DNA of 64,000 nucleotides from Amoeboaphelidium protococcarum X5. Taxonomy: Eukaryota; Fungi; Aphelidiomycota. Both the position numbers and the translations under genes were made by a program. The stretch is from positions 558,001 through 622,000 of the forward strand of contig JALDTO010000251.1 of the NCBI GenBank assembly GCA_023515725.1. Reading direction: 5' to 3'. Below are positions 36,375 through 48,524 of the stretch, piece after piece. Position 1 is the first letter of the stretch. Each line of letters starts with the position of its first letter. Under the pieces are notes generated by a model, which saw only the letters and a program-made list of their open reading frames with translations, was not told where the DNA came from and made no database searches.

Positions 36375-37799
36375 TCATTCAATGTCCATAGTATCGTCAA
36401 GCAAATCGCCATACTCATTCATCAGCGCCGCATCCTTAACCTTCTTGTCCTCTTTAACAGACTTGACACTAGATGAATCGACACCATCACCATTCTTAAA
36501 CGACTACACATCTCGCCTGTCATCCCCCTCATCCTCAGAGTCGGAAAACTCATCATCTCTCACCACTCGTTTGTCACTATCCAAAATGGAAATCCTCTCA
36601 TCAGCATTACGTTCACGAGCCTCTGCAATCTCCTCCAACGCGTCATTGTAACTGTCGGCAACTAGTGGCTGCAACTGCACAGATGGAGCATGTGGAATGT
36701 GCCTCAAATTCTCCAGTATAATGTTCTTGGTCTTTTCCAAATATTCTCGAGTATTCAGATTGTCCATATTGTTCGACGGCACATCCAGTACAAAGTCCGG
36801 ACCAAAGTACTCAAAGTAATCATTATACGGCAGCTCTTATGGCAATTTAGTGTCAATAGCCAGACCAGTCTCATACGCCCACACTCTAGACACATTTCGT
36901 ATAGTGTATCCACCACCACCTAATAACATCACGGGAACTCCAAACTTTTTCACAAATTCTACACACTGCGAATGTCCCTTCATAGACAGATTAAAGCAGC
37001 CGAGTCTATCACCAGCCAGGGAATCAGCACCACACTGCAGTACAATAGCTGTCGGTCTATACCAGTCCATGATTGCCTGAATAACCGGCTCAAATATAGA
37101 CTTGTAAGACTGGTCATCAATACCATCTCTGAGTGGGAAATTGACAGAGTAATTCTTACCGCGACCATGTCCAATGTCGCGCAGGTCACCAGTACCAGGG
37201 AAGTACTCGCCAAACTTGTGAAAGGATGCCGTCATAACTCTGTCCGTAGTGTAGAAAGCCTCCTCCACACCGTCTCCGTGATGAATGTCAATGTCAATGT
37301 ACAAGACGCGCTAATGATACTTTAACAGCTCCAGAATAGCTAGCACAATGTCGTTCACATAACAAAAGCCACTGGCCTCATTTCGCTTGGCATGATGCAA
37401 TCCACCAGCCCAATTGATAGCCACATCACAGTCTCCCCTGTTGAGTCGCTGAGCACCTTGTATAGAACCACCAGCACTAATCGATGAAAACTCAAAAATA
37501 CCATCAAACACCGGGCAATCTTCTCCCACATTATACTTGTGCTAGTCCTTGACAAACTGATTCTAAGTCTCCGGAGTCACGCGATACAGAAAGTCAATGT
37601 ACTCGTCAGAATGGAATCTGGTCATCTCCTTCACGGTGGCCTTGCGCGGGCGTATAATATCCAGCTTCTGATAGAGACCATAGTTGAGCAGGAGCGAGTG
37701 TGTCATTCGAATACGGTGCGGCTTCATTGGATGCCACGGACCATAATGATAATTTCCCACCTCGACATCATAAAAGTATGAAACTTTGGACTTGGTCAT
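36375..37799 (-). CDS. RPD3: Class I histone deacetylase Rpd3/HDAC1
   Basis: [55 protein letters not shown] and C-terminal [10 protein letters not shown]. Confidence 0.97.
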
Positions 37800-38088
37800 T
37801 TTGTTACTGATGATTTTCTACTGTGTTTTTTCCAGAAGTATATTGCTTGAACTGATTCGCTGATGAAAGAGCTGCAGAGATGAAGACTGAGAGAAAAGCG
37901 AGCGACGCCGAACGGGAAACGGCAAACGAACATCTCAATGTAACACATTGCAAACATACTGTATTAACTCAAGTCAACTATCTCATCCTCAACATTAATC
38001 TAATCATCATCATCAATTTCTTGACTCTGATCTTCGCTGCCTTTCTACTCTTCTGCAAGTTAATTATGTTACACGTAAATTAATGACT

Positions 38089-39016
38089 TCATTATTCATC
38101 ATCTTCATCATCATTATCATCATCTGTAGAGCCGATGCTCTCGTCATCCTTAAACGCTAAATATTCACATGCTTCCTTCAAATGATACTCAATATTGCTA
38201 CTTCCCACTAATTTCCAACAATCGGGGCAACAATCGGCCTTTCTACTTCTGGCAAGCTCGTTATGAATTTAGATTAGTTCCGCTGACGGTCTCGTCGCAG
38301 GGTCGGAAGATAAAGTCAACTGCTTAATAGAATTCCGATAAATCCAATGCTCATACAAAACAATCACGCGTCCGTCAGCCTCAAACATCCACTGAAACAA
38401 ATCATAACTTTCCCCCAAATCTTTCCTCAGCAGAATACCATTCTGAGGTGAATAAAGCTGTTCAAGTGGTATCCTCTATGATTAGTTCAGAGGGACGATG
38501 TGTGCAGCCGTTAAATTTATATGATTTTGCTCTCCAGTAGCAACACAACATTTGTCTCGTCGCAGAAGTGCTTACCTCATCTTCTTCATTGAATTTTTAA
38601 GCCGCTTGACATGCCTGCCAGATGCGCAAATCCCACTACTTTTCGCCCGTGAGCGACACGAATCGTACGATGCTATTGAAAAGTCCAAAGCTTCTACAAA
38701 AATAGGTGACAGATGAATAATTAGAATACCCAAAATCAATAGAATACGTACCGTTGGATATAGACGCCGGTTTGCTTAAAAGAACAATCTTCTTTTCCAT
38801 CAATCTGTCCTACTTTTTGTACAGGCTGGTGAGCTAAGCAGTGGCCGATTCCAAAATGCACCTGGGGGCGGCTCTGACATCTGCGGGTTGTCCTTCCTCA
38901 ATAGCCTACTTTAGTCGCAGACTTGCTTCCTCCACCTTCTGTTATGCTATATTAATTTCTTGTTGAATAGCTGCAATTGCTGCCTTGGATTCATCGATTT
39001 GCTCTTGGACATTCAT
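38089..39016 (-). CDS. Coiled-coil plus HNH_2-type endonuclease domain protein (Crinkler/toxin-like); intron 38694-38751
   Basis: Heptad-rich N-terminus, then LRRDKCCVATG...TAAHIVP...SPQNGILLRKDLGESYD, a CPDC..H..C finger and an acidic tail. 289 aa after splicing. Confidence 0.75.
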
Positions 39017-39289
39017 TGTCTATCATGTAGAAAACAAAATTTAGCCATTTTTATAGCTCTTTGATTTCGATAACGCCAATCAGACTAAGTATACTGTCTG
39101 GCAGCTATATTAGCTTCTCCTACTACCGTTAATGTCTCTATAAAACTATGAAATATGTATTTATCTTTCTTTTCTTACTAAATAAATATATACCAAGTAA
39201 TGCTAATGTCTGTAAGATATCCTTGGTATTGCTAGCCAGATAGTTAAAAGGCGTTCTAATCCATTGTTTGACTTTGTCAGTCTATGAAA

Positions 39290-40445
39290 GCCACCACAAT
39301 GACCGAATTCTTTTGCCCCTTCTGCAACAAAGTCCACCAAGATTATAAAGTACAAGTTTGTCCATCATCTTACTAGTAGGTACGCGGTTAATATCAGTTC
39401 TATGCTTGTTTATAATAAAAGATCGAGAAGTGGCTTCGATGGTTGGTGAGATGGTCAAGTTAGCTCATGTACGAACGAGACTTCTAAAAGTCTCCGTGAC
39501 GCGAAATATATGGTATCCGAACTGACAGGCACATTTGATTCCGCGAGCACTGCCTGCAAAGCTTAAAGATTCTTCTGTTATATGGCTGTTTGTCAATGCG
39601 GATAATCCAGAGAAGCTAGTTATGTACTTTCCGCGTTTAGGTATGAAGGCTGGTGAGACTAAACTACAAGATTTTCAGCCATCTATGCCGTGATTTGTCA
39701 GTTGTCAATTGTTGAAGATAATAGATCAAAATCTGTCACTTGGCAACCTAGTTTAAGTGAACTGGTGTTATAATTAGATTGGATCATTGAAGAAGGCCTT
39801 ATCTTAGGATTAGATAGTGAATGTCAGATATTGATATTTAGATATATATAATTTGATACTGTGTTAAATGCAATGACACGTAGTAACACCTCTAGTTAGA
39901 AATTCCGTCAATGTTCCAATCCACAGACTGGCACTTTTCTGTAATGCAAGGCAAGGCAAGGCTTAGAGTCGGTATCTTGTACTAGTAAATTGTCTTAGGC
40001 TGCACGAAAGGATAAGAACGATTCCAAGTCTCGACAACACTTGGCATCATATGGCAAGTAAATTCCTACTACAGATTATGAACATCTTGGTGTTATTGCA
40101 TTGGATCAGACAAGTCACTATCAAGCACTGACAGTCTTCAACATAGAAGAGTGTTAGACGCGTCTGCTCCTTGCAATGATGCTGAATGGCCCATGCTATC
40201 GCTTTGGTGAGTGGATGCAGATGATCCTTGGTAGGACAGAGGTTAATGGTAACACTATAAACATTGTAGTTCCCACCACCAAGAACACACTTAGGAAAGG
40301 ATAGTCTGCCATACTCAAGATCCCCTTTGCTTGTGTGCCTCAAATTATGAAGCTGGTACCTTTCCTGCGTGATAATAATCATGATCTGATATTGTGTGAT
40401 CGTGCAGCCGACTGATTTGGGAGGCGCGAACTCTTGGTACATAAA
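39290..40445 (+). pseudogene. Tyrosine recombinase-like gene 1 (Zn finger plus N-terminal half of catalytic domain), truncated and frameshifted
   Basis: MTEFFCPFCNK...; LLLAMMLNGPCYRFGEW (R at 40200-40202)...IVVPTTKN aligns with the downstream paralog. Confidence 0.6.
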
Positions 40446-42290
40446 AGCGTATTTACGTGTCCGTTCTGCGGTAGTGCCTAATAACATGAAAAATCGCGTT
40501 ATGTACGTAACCATTTTCAAACATGCCTGCTGACCCACTGCCATTATCCGAATCGCTTGATAAGGGTGTATGTTCACTATCTGTTTTAGCGCCAGAGTGG
40601 TCCTGGTAATCACCTCCTCGTTTTGCTTGCCCGCTGCAATGCTAGACAGACATTGGTCTATCAATCTAATGATCTAGAAGCGCCATTTGTGATAATGACA
40701 CGTGAAGCTCTGGTTGATAGTGTACCTGGGAGAGTGTCCACGCGTCTTTTACGTCCTTTCCCTGTTTAATATCCACTGGCGGACCATCTACGTGCTTAAT
40801 TTGCTGCGTCCCATCGTCTCCTTTAGAATCTGTTTGGTACACAGAGTGATGCTTGCTTCATTTGTGATTAGGAAATTGCTCCGGGAGATATTCCTCAGTC
40901 CTAGCCGTAGAATGAGCGCTATTAATCATTTGCTAATGCGCAGGCTCATACTGGTAGACGCGTCTCTGATGCTGCTGAGAATAACGCCGGCGTGTCCTCT
41001 GCTGATGACAATTAGAATCGTCCTAATAGTAACTCCTAATCTCGTGGACGTAGTGCATATGGCTAGAACAGCACTCCAATACTTCAAGTAACAGCGTATT
41101 TCAGACGATTATGCCGTCGACATATACCAGGAGTATCAGCATTGGAAACCTATTTAAGGCTTTAGGGTCTGAGTGCGCGTGTTGGTGACAACTACACAAA
41201 TCGAAAGGTTACAACCTTCTTCTAGATGCTGCGTTTCCAACTTGGCCATAATCCTCGCGTATCTGCTGTGAGTAATGTCAGATCTATTGCTGCCTTCTTT
41301 TGTAACGATGACAACTTCCATCCGATGACAAATCATCTCTTGAGCTTGCCCAATTCTACCTGTTCCACCAAGGCTGCCGATTTGCGCGCTATATACCAGT
41401 ACTTTGAGACAGTTCCTATACCTCCGCTCTTTGAACGTATTTTGAGACGATGCCTACAACGCCTGCGTGCGATTGATCTCACTGGCGATCTGGTCGCCTG
41501 GCAAGAGTAGAGACCACGAATAACAAGACTCGACGAGCATTGCAGTAGAATGGCCAATATATAGACTGTCTGTAATTTACACGGCTTGGTGAATGGCTTG
41601 CTCATTAGCGTCTGCGTCCTTTCGGTAATGACGACAACTCAGCATCAGTATATATGGAATCCTCATTTGCTCCATGATGACTAAAGGTTACTGTTACCGC
41701 TCTCATGAATACCTATCAATGACTGTTGACAATATTGTGCTTGATGGAGACACCTGGAAGGCTCTAATACCATACAATAAAAACTCGTCTAGGTAAGGTC
41801 GTGTTAGAGTGCTAGTGTTTCCAAATCAGCTGCGGGTTGTAATTCAGAGATATGTCGACTGGCGTCGTGGCGTGTCGCCTAACGGTCCTCTCCTGATAAT
41901 AAATTCTTAGTTGCCTGTGCTTCCTGCTACAGATACTTGGTTAACACGCACCACCAGGAAGATTTGTATTGCTCGTCATCCCAAATTCACCGCTGCTACT
42001 CCAATGCTGTTGAGATTCCTCCAGAGCGTGTTTATATGGAACAAGTACAAATTTAGTAAGATTTCTTATGATGAGAGATGAGATGCAGCTACTGTGTCGC
42101 ATCTGTGGTAGAAGTCTGGAGACGTGGCAAGAATCCTACTCGTTTGCAGATGATCTTTATGACATTTAGACTAAACTCCGTGTCTATGGCCTTGGAATCT
42201 GGGGGGCTTATTTGATGTCGATGAATTCTTGCATAAGCTGTTGACTCGATACTTAGAGAGAATACTTGAGAATGATGGGTAAACTTAATA
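40445..42290 (+). pseudogene. Tyrosine recombinase-like gene 2 (Zn finger, core-binding domain, catalytic domain), at least two frameshifts
   Basis: FTCPFCG, core-binding-like LETYLRLQGLSARVGDNY...STCSTKAADLRAIYQYF, and catalytic ICSMMTKGYCYRSHEY...IPYNKN...IQRYVDWR...TPMLLRF...CGRSLETWQESY. Confidence 0.7.
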
Positions 42291-42337
42291 AAGTGGTAAA
42301 CATATATACATATAAAATTTAAATTTCTATTCAATTT

Positions 42338-44090
42338 TCATTCATCATCATCATCATCGTCACTTTCGAAAATCAGATTACCAATGTGATCGCGGATTGG
42401 CATCAAACTACTATATTCCAACACCTGCTCCAAGATTGCTCTGTTGAGAATCACACCAGGCTGAGCGGGCAACGCCTGCGCTTATCCAGCAAATCACTCA
42501 TTCTACTTGGAGATACGCTCGTACAATTTTTCGCCTGGCTCCATTCGAGCTTTACCCTTGAGCGCACTCTTGTATGACGAACCAGCACTGTAAATATTGG
42601 CGACTGGATCAGTCCTGCCAGCAGCCACCATTGACTTGCCTTAGGCCTAAACTCGGAACATGAGAGGAGCTAGGTATTTTGCAAATTCACCCATGACATG
42701 AGATTTGGCGGTAGCCACCGATGAGGCAGTGAATTTCAGATTTTTGCAGCAATCCATCACGTCCACCACGTCGTGTTAAATAGCAGTCGCTAGCACGAAA
42801 AACGGAGCGTACTCAAACTTGCCAACATCGACTCGGCATAGACTACCAAAACCCCAGGCCATCTCAGATTCGGCAGTGCTATGTCTTATAAAGATAATCT
42901 AATCGTCCACTCGCCTTTGCGCCAGCCGTAGGACGCGTTACTCCTCCCTTCGGAGTTTCACGCTTTCTCTCTCGCTCTCTTCGTCAGAGTCGACGGCCAG
43001 AGATTGTAATGTCTACTGTACAGGAGAAGTATGCCCAGCTGTAGATGGTTGATTTTGTGGACGCAAAGGAGTCTGTACAACCAGCAGTGAGCTTGCGGAT
43101 GGCTGATGTTACTCATCTGCCATTGATTCGACTTACTCCATCTGCCGTTATTCCTATAGCAGCTACTCAAATCCTGACTGGTCGCTGGAATCATCACTAC
43201 TTTAGAAGGTATCTTCATCAGAAGAGGACTAATCCACCTCCATAAGGCTGTGAGAATCTTCCACCTGGTCCTGTAGCTACGCTTACTGCTGCTGTTGAGT
43301 TTATTCACCGCCCTCAAGGCCTTGCGAACTAGTTTAATGTGCAGCAGTAGTATCCGCAACACCAAAATCGGAAGGCTTCCTTGCCCTTCCCCAGTTCCGC
43401 CTGTGAGTCTGGCCCTCATCATCGTCTGGATCTGGGAGGGCATCATCGATTGGATCTCTTGCCTAACCAGACGGTCTTTCCTGCTACCATGCCACGTCTA
43501 TTCCCAGCCTTTAAGCGAGCAAGCTAGTGTTGTACAGACGAGTATGATCAGCTGCAGTGGGAGGATCTAATGGTCTACCATTAAACTATGGGTAGATATT
43601 CCATACACTATCCACCCAGGCACCAGCGCGCTATTGGATAGAGGCGACTTCACTTCTGCTAAAATGCTGCAGTGGAGTGCCAATGATTTATGCCATTGTT
43701 GATTTAGAAGGATCATCCAAGAGACAGAAGATTCCAATGCGATTTAAATCGTTGCTGCCAAAAAGGTGAATTCTCCTGCGTGCCTCTGTCCTAGCCTTAT
43801 CTTTTAGGTCTAGATCTGTCCGACAGGGATGGAAATACTCTCTGAAATATGCTCTTATTCTAGACCATGAGGTGCCATTAAGAATCATTCCAGTTACCAG
43901 GGCTTAGAACTCTTGATCGCTAAACACTGCACGTTATCTATTCCGACTGTAAACATCGATGGCATTGATCCTATTGCTAACGAGGAGAATAGTTATTATC
44001 GTATTCGCGACAATAGATTATCCAGAAACCAGATCAAATAGTAGAAAAGCGTCAATGTCTTATAATTCTTTTTCTATTACAAGACATGTT
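42338..44090 (-). pseudogene. Telobox/TRF-like Myb domain protein with acidic linker and unknown C-terminal domain; one internal TGA (42494-42496), start uncertain
   Basis: RQRAVFSDQEFQALVTGMILNGTSWSRIRAYF...RTDLDLKDKART has the telobox LKDKxR signature. The frame is open for >500 codons under table 6. Confidence 0.65.
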
Positions 44091-44457
44091 AATTCTATTA
44101 TCACTTTATTAATCTACCGATAAGGAGTGTGATATGATTGATATTCATTGATTCCTAACTCTCTCTGTTACTATGAAGTCTATTTATATACACTTTTCTA
44201 TAACCTTGGTTTCTACGATTTCGTACAAACGTTTCCAAGGGAAGGCATTACTATAGCTAATACGTGTAGGTAATTGCATTCGTCAGTGCGATTGCCGGAA
44301 ATATTCGCTGTTGTCAATTCATTGCACGAGATCTACAATAAATCTTACTAATGTATATGCGACGAAATATACATTTACGGCTATACCTGTAAGTAAAGAG
44401 TAACGAAAGACGCAGTACGAATATATTTCACTACTGAGAAGAAATTATAGTTCAGAG

Positions 44458-45200
44458 TCAAGAGCTTTTATGGAGCTTTTGGATCTTAATTGCCGATATT
44501 ACTTGATAATGATAATACCAGAGATCACCAACCAATTAATCCTTCGGCCGAGCAACCACTATTAACTTTTACTTCTTCGATAAGCGCTGCGGTTTGATAT
44601 CTTTTATGACTGAATTCTTTTCACGACAGTCTTAGTAGATTGCTTCAGTCTTCTGTGCTTACAATACCATAACCCCGTGCACTACATTATGAATACTTCT
44701 CAGGTAGTATCGGCGATTTCCGGGCACTACAGCCCCAAAACGCTCAACATACCGACGGAAATTGCCTAGCTACACCGACGGATTAAGATCTATAAACACC
44801 AGAGGAGCTCCCTCATTCTCCTCTGCCGCCTATACATCTATTCTAGGTTTTTTGCCGCCGCGCTATCTCTTTGGCAAGTCACGCTGCGGACGGCTTTTGA
44901 AGGAGGGTCCCTTGACTTCTTGTCCGAGGACCTTTTTGACCAGAAGTGCTCTGCTTTTTAGCTCTTTGAGTTTACTATCTACCACGAATTTGATCAATAA
45001 TAAATTAGATACTTTATCGAGAATATAGCATTACATTCGCGTTAGATGTGATCGCGTCGCTGTCGTCCTCGGAGTCTTCTACAAGCGTTTACTAAGAGGT
45101 CTGTGCGCCAAGAGGAATTACGACTGCAGGAGTGGACAGATTCTGCTTCTGGACTACTTCTCTTATATCAGTAAAATGAGGGCAAGAGACTAAGTGATAA
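44458..45200 (-). CDS. Hypothetical basic protein, probably spliced; 5' end unresolved
   Basis: Open frame ...SKLKELKSRALLVKKVLGQEVKGPSFK...PLVFIDLNPSVQLGNFRRYVERFG...HKSS*. No family recognised. Confidence 0.35.
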
Positions 45201-45563
45201 TCTCCCTTTAATAATATTGATCAAAAACTTCTAAACAGAAAAAGCGGCGTTACTTAACGTTCCAGCCCCTTGATTACATGATTTACCCAAGAGCCAAGAC
45301 TTGATAGTTTGGTTTGATTACGACATCTACGGTGTCCGTTGTTGATATTAATTCAGACGTTATTGTAGAGCAAGTAGAAAGAGATATAAGCCAATTACTA
45401 TTTATTTTATTCCTTTCATCGCGAGATAAAAATAATTCATTCGATATTCCCAAATTTATTGTTAGTTGATGCCATCACTTCAGGTTTTGTCAACCATCGT
45501 CTAGCGTACAACCAGATTGTTACTTTGCCGAGACACTATAGATTTGGACTACCAAAAAAAGTA

Positions 45564-45635
45564 CGACCGAGGCCGGACTTGAACCGACAACCTTAAGCTC
45601 CGAAGACTTACGCGCTTCGATTGCGCCACTCGGCA
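45564..45635 (-). tRNA. tRNA-Arg(UCG), possibly degenerate
   Basis: TGCCGAGTGGCGCAATCGAAGCGCGTAAGTCTTCGGAGCTTAAGGTTGTCGGTTCAAGTCCGGCCTCGGTCG has anticodon TCG, a 1-72 mismatch and D-loop GG changed to CG. Followed by T7. Confidence 0.75.
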
Positions 45636-46669
45636 AGTCAAAACCACAAAAATTTTTCTCACAGCCATACTATATACTCAGCGAGGAGTGTACTTGTTAC
45701 GTAAAATAGAGGCGAAAGGTGCAACCGGTTTAAGCACCTCATTTACGCCCATTGTAGGCCTTCTTGGAATAGCACACGCGCATTGCGGTATTACCCACAA
45801 ATTTTGTCGTGATTGTCCCGCGCGGTCCATGCACTCTCATGAGTGTTTAGGCACCTTTGATCACTAAGGATACTATAAACGGTACACTAGACTTTATTCA
45901 CCCTTTCGGTCCTATTAAGGAACGGATCGATTGCTCTAGCTTTAGAAAAGTTTAGTGGGCGAGTGTCAAAGCTGTGTCCTATTGATAGCTGCACTGACCT
46001 TCTTGCCTTTCATCAACTAGAGGACTGGTTTACCACTCCATGGAAATTTAGGAAATTATCATTGATTAACTAGAGGATGCTTACGTGTATTCTGTCAAAA
46101 TGATCGCGATAGACGACTAGAGCAACTCAACTCAACGACACGATAGTCGAGTTTTGTTGTACGGTAAGCGCAGCTTGTTTGTGCGCCTCATCATTAATTT
46201 TATCGGTGGAAAGAAGCTGTTTTAAAAAGCTGTAATAGAATACTCATAAAGTACAAGTGTGATTTTGTCATGGTTTAGTAGTGAGAGTTGGGAACGTGTG
46301 ATAAATGGGTCAATGGTCATGGGGGATTAGGTTGAATAATATCGTGTCAATTGAATACAGTAGGCGGAGAATTTAATCACATCTATCCTCACAGCATTCG
46401 TGCGAAAAGTATTTTGTGTCGACAAAGTCTAATCGGTTACTACAGTATACTATAAATATTCATCCAAAGCTCTATCCTGGCGAATCACTTTGTGTTCTCG
46501 TTGCTTGAGCAAACACTCGATTTAATTGAACCATTATGGTGTATTGAGAACTGGGTTATTAACACTACAAATACAGGTTCTGGCAAGAACTACTAGAAAA
46601 TATTAAATAAAATATGCTAGCTTGGTGTTGCAAAATTAATGAAATTCTGAATTGACTTGACACATAGTG

Positions 46670-47800
46670 CCTCTAAAGATAAATTTGCTCCATACACAAG
46701 ATTATAAACAAACTTGAGTTGAACTGCTAAACCATAATTGTCAAAGATTGACAACGTGAATAGAATTTACAGAGAAGATTTATTTAATTTCTGCTATGAG
46801 ATGTGGAGATTGAATGCTTGATGGAAATGCCATGCTTAAGCTGTATTGGTACAAGTTTTTTGAATCTAATCACGATATCCATAGTGTCCCCCATTTGAAT
46901 TTAACTACTATAGCTCATATCTTTCAATCTGCTGCCATCTTAACTGATTTGCAATCGCAATTCGATTAGGCGCCGGGGGCCAAAAGGTTGAGGAAGGAAA
47001 TTAGCTGCATAGTGTCGTAAAACAGCTGTGGATCAATGCTCGTGGTGCTAGAGTTCCTTTTGCGCGTCTGCCTGCTTGATACAACGCTTATGTCCTTCAT
47101 TTATGTGCCAATAAGATCTAAGTGATTAATATTTAGTTAAATTCTAATCCAAAAAATCGTTCAATAAGATTATTTTAAGCATGTAATCCGGAAAGTTCAT
47201 ATCTCATAAAGTTGATTATGTCAAGTTTACAAAGATCGACGCCTGTTAGATCCTCGACTCTAATCAGCTGATCTAAGGCATGTTTAACTCCTTGGACCTG
47301 CTGTTGATGTTTTCATTTGATAACAATAATCTATCGGCAAAAATGAAGAAGAAGAGCAATGCAGTGTTATCCTCCGAGTAAATGCAAGATCTGCAGGCTG
47401 TTTATGAGAGAATCTTTAACGCGTGCATGCTAATCAAAAAGGTTTCACTGGTCTCCTCAAAGATAACAGAGAATTGGAATGAGTATACGCGTCTGTTGTA
47501 TACAATCTAGCAGTATTTTTTTCATCAGAATAGCCTTCAACTATTCAATATAGTTCCTACATTGAAATTGCAGCCATTCTACATCACTTTGAATGCAATT
47601 AATGCTATGAAGTCTAGAATATTTGGTGAGACGTAGAGACTAAAGTACTTCCAACTTTAAAACCGCATTCAAGTATGACTAGAGTTTCAAGTATAAAGAA
47701 TTCTATACTGACTTGTATTCTGTTCGCATTTCTTACGAATCTGGTTTCAGAGAAGAGTTATAAAAGCGCAAGCCACAGATCTAGGCGCCTGGAGTCTAAT
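46670..47800 (+). pseudogene. Fanzor1-like relic paralogous to 34200-36000; no recognisable RuvC
   Basis: VPHLNLTTIAHIFQSAAI...WINARGARVPFA...YNAYV...NWNEYTRLLYTIQQY...FNIVPTLKLQPFYITL...SRIFG...FYTDLYSVRISYE aligns motif by motif with the 34-kb copy. Confidence 0.55.
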
Positions 47801-48524
47801 TGACGCGCGATGTTGAGAAGCAATCAGGATATAAACCTTTTGCGTAGCCAGCTGTACGGAAACCACCATGAAAGAAGTTGAAAACGAAACCCATATCTCT
47901 GTCGCCCAACAAAATGCGCTCAAAGAGTCAGTTTGGATTACCATAAACCGGATTGGAGCCAAAGTCAGTGGTGTATGAGTTCAAACCAGAAGATTAAGTC
48001 GTCGAGGAAGCTGCGAAATTTAGTGAGCAAGTGGACGTGAATTGCGACGAGGAGGACCAAAGGCTGAGATGGCAGAAGAGCAGGATGATACCAATCGTCA
48101 TAGTTAATCGCCGAAAACGCTGGACTTAAGTACTAATCTTTAATTTGTCGCAAATGTAAGCAACTTTTTGAGATTGATACTATGCATAGTACTCCAAACC
48201 AATGTAAAACATTTTCTTTGCAATTAAATTTCAACCGATGGTTAACAAACGCGAGATATATCAACTTTCAGGCAATTGCATACCCACCCCTCCGAGAGGT
48301 AATAATATGACGCAGATCCGTACTCATAAAGGGCGCCGATCGGGAACGGCAGAGATTGAAACATGAAAACGAATGAAAAATATGCTCGCGGCAGATCTCA
48401 AAAATTTCTTTTCTCGTTATGCTAGTGCGTCAACGCTCCCTTAATAATAGTAAAATCCATTCCATTACAACGAAAAATTTCATTATATAATATATACCCC
48501 GTCTATTTAATAACCTTTAAAAAG

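Noticed and set aside
39020-39290. att-like duplication of the tRNA-Arg(UCG) 3' end at the far side of the YR element
   Set aside because: No matching direct repeat was found by eye, so integration into the tRNA itself is unsupported and the element ends remain undefined.
40047-40664. 205-aa minus-strand ORF, and similar ORFs such as 51261-51809, 14704-15153 and 54255-54755
   Set aside because: These are antisense shadows of recognisable genes on the opposite strand.
40413-42496. TGA readthrough or selenocysteine at 40413-40415 (+) and 42494-42496 (-)
   Set aside because: Both lie in a region with independent frameshifts, so decay is the simpler explanation. No SECIS element was recognised.
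45700-46600. Possible additional transposase or recombinase fragments (YKCDF, IYPHSIRA) between the tRNA and the third Fanzor-like relic
   Set aside because: Only isolated short motifs in broken frames, which cannot be distinguished from chance.
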